NCBI GenBank assembly: GCA_964406185.1
Contig: CAYOQS010000001.1
Coordinates: 6,121-70,120 of the forward strand
DNA length: 64,000 nucleotides
DNA from: an uncultured Methanosarcinales archaeon
GTDB lineage: Archaea > Nanobdellota > Nanobdellia > Woesearchaeales > UBA11576
Reading direction: 5' to 3'
This document shows, piece by piece, positions 63,266 to 64,000 of this stretch. The notes below the pieces were generated by a model. It did not search any database, was not told the origin of the DNA, and saw nothing but the letters and a program-made list of their open reading frames with translations. Position 1 is the stretch's first letter, and the number at the start of each line of letters is the position of its first letter. The translations under genes were made by a program, and so were the position numbers.

Positions 63266-64000
63266 CTATTGCCCTTGCTGTAACTCCTGCTGTGCCTGCT
63301 GGTACGCTTCTCTTATGACTTTGTCTGCGGTGTCTGGTTCCCATCCTATCTGGAGCAGGTGTCCGCGTATCTCGTCCGGGGCGTATCCTTCTTTAAGGAC
63401 CTGCTTGACGTAGTTGCGGAGTTCTGTCACCTGGGGGCTTTCCGCCTGCGCTGCTGCTCCTGTATGCGCTGTAGGTGTTTGCATCGTGGGCTGTGCAGCT
63501 CCTGCTGGTGGCGTGCCTGCTCCTGCTACTGTCTGCCCGGCACCTGGTGCTCCCGCGCCCGGCATGCCTGCGCCCTGCGTTACTCCTGGTGTTATTCCTG
63601 GCTTGCCTGTTGGCGGTTTCTTTCCCGCTTCGGCAGGGGGTTTCGGTCCTTTGCCTTTGAGCATGACTCCTGCTACCACTCCGACAACTACCAGCACGAT
63701 GACTCCGAGGATTATTATGCTTGTTGTCATGCTCATGCCTGCCATGCCGCTGGGCTCTTGAAGTATGCCTATCTCGTCTTCGTATGTTCCCTGCTGGAGG
63801 TGTTCCTCAAGCAGCTGCCTCTGCGACCTGGTGAGCTTGTCTATGCAGCATGCGAGGTCGCCTTCTATCAGCTGCTCTGGTGTGGCCATAGTCTTCAGCG
63901 CGGGGCAGTATTTGACCTTGAACGCTGCGTCGCATATGACATTTCCGCCGAGCTCTACATATTTTGATTTGAGTATCTGGTAGTCCTGGTCTATAGCTCC
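63266..64000 (-). CDS. single-pass membrane protein with a G/A/P-rich linker and a small helical C-terminal domain; 5' end beyond the window
   Basis: The frame is open from 63889 up to the window end (…VICDAAFKVKYCPALKT precedes the first Met), so the gene probably starts beyond 64000. It has the TM helix SIIILGVIVLVVVGVVAGVML, the linker GAGMPGAGAPGAGQTVAGAG, and the C-terminus LRNYVKQVLKEGYAPDEIRGHLLQIGWEPDTADKVIREA. Confidence 0.5.
   Translation of the reverse strand, partial: GAIDQDYQILKSKYVELGGNVICDAAFKVKYCPALKTMATPEQLIEGDLACCIDKLTRSQRQLLEEHLQQGTYEDEIGILQEPSGMAGMSMTTSIIILGVIVLVVVGVVAGVMLKGKGPKPPAEAGKKPPTGKPGITPGVTQGAGMPGAGAPGAGQTVAGAGTPPAGAAQPTMQTPTAHTGAAAQAESPQVTELRNYVKQVLKEGYAPDEIRGHLLQIGWEPDTADKVIREAYQQAQQELQQGQ

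Overview
This is a densely coding archaeal chromosomal segment with about 60 protein genes, one tRNA gene and roughly 48-50% GC by eye. I saw no rRNA, CRISPR array, integrase or transposase. Archaeal hallmarks are Pth2, TFS, a Sec11-type signal peptidase, NMD3, a class I CCA-adding enzyme, Taw1, an MCM-type AAA+ core, HerA/Mre11-like genes and BHB introns. By inference it is a small-genome, uncultivated (DPANN-like) lineage carrying several bacterial-type genes (ThrRS with TGS/SAD domains, long AspRS, GGDEF, class III cyclase). Starts look either leaderless (TATA-like box about 25-30 nt before the ATG) or preceded by GGTGA/GGAGG. Several ORF-track starts are TTG/GTG, and I moved those to a nearby ATG where supported.

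Layout:
- 0-10.8 kb: housekeeping genes (thrS, corA, pth2, a DsbA-like exported protein, NMD3, signal peptidase, TFS).
- 10.9-20.1 kb: a thymidylate/folate island (DCD-type dCTP deaminase, two paralogous P-loop kinases with one fused to dCMP deaminase, glyA, a flavoprotein, folC, a tandem-domain ThyX-like protein, a Tmk-like protein).
- 21-29.4 kb: Taw1, Nudix, a phosphoesterase, a CBS protein and a co-directional run cca / NDP-sugar transferase / JAB / ChlI-like AAA+ / VWA.
- 29.4-32.2 kb: a GAF-GAF class III cyclase across an AT-rich spacer.
- 32.2-40.6 kb: a secretion-type ATPase, a DUF87/HerA-like ATPase and many small membrane and coiled-coil proteins.
- 40.7-46.3 kb: translin, an M20 peptidase, an MBL hydrolase, TGT and aspS.
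- 46.3-57.3 kb: a block of uncharacterised helical and small proteins flanked by Mre11-like and HerA-like genes, containing a GGDEF cyclase.
- 57.4-64 kb: a lysine-rich repeat protein, an HTH/PIN-like pair, an OB-fold SSB, a tRNA-Phe, a GTPase/DUF2073/Zn-ribbon operon and an N-terminally short MCM-like protein.

The most notable items are a tRNA-Phe(GAA) gene that appears to carry four BHB introns, and the HerA ... GGDEF ... Mre11 cluster built from repeated gene pairs of one helical and one small protein.
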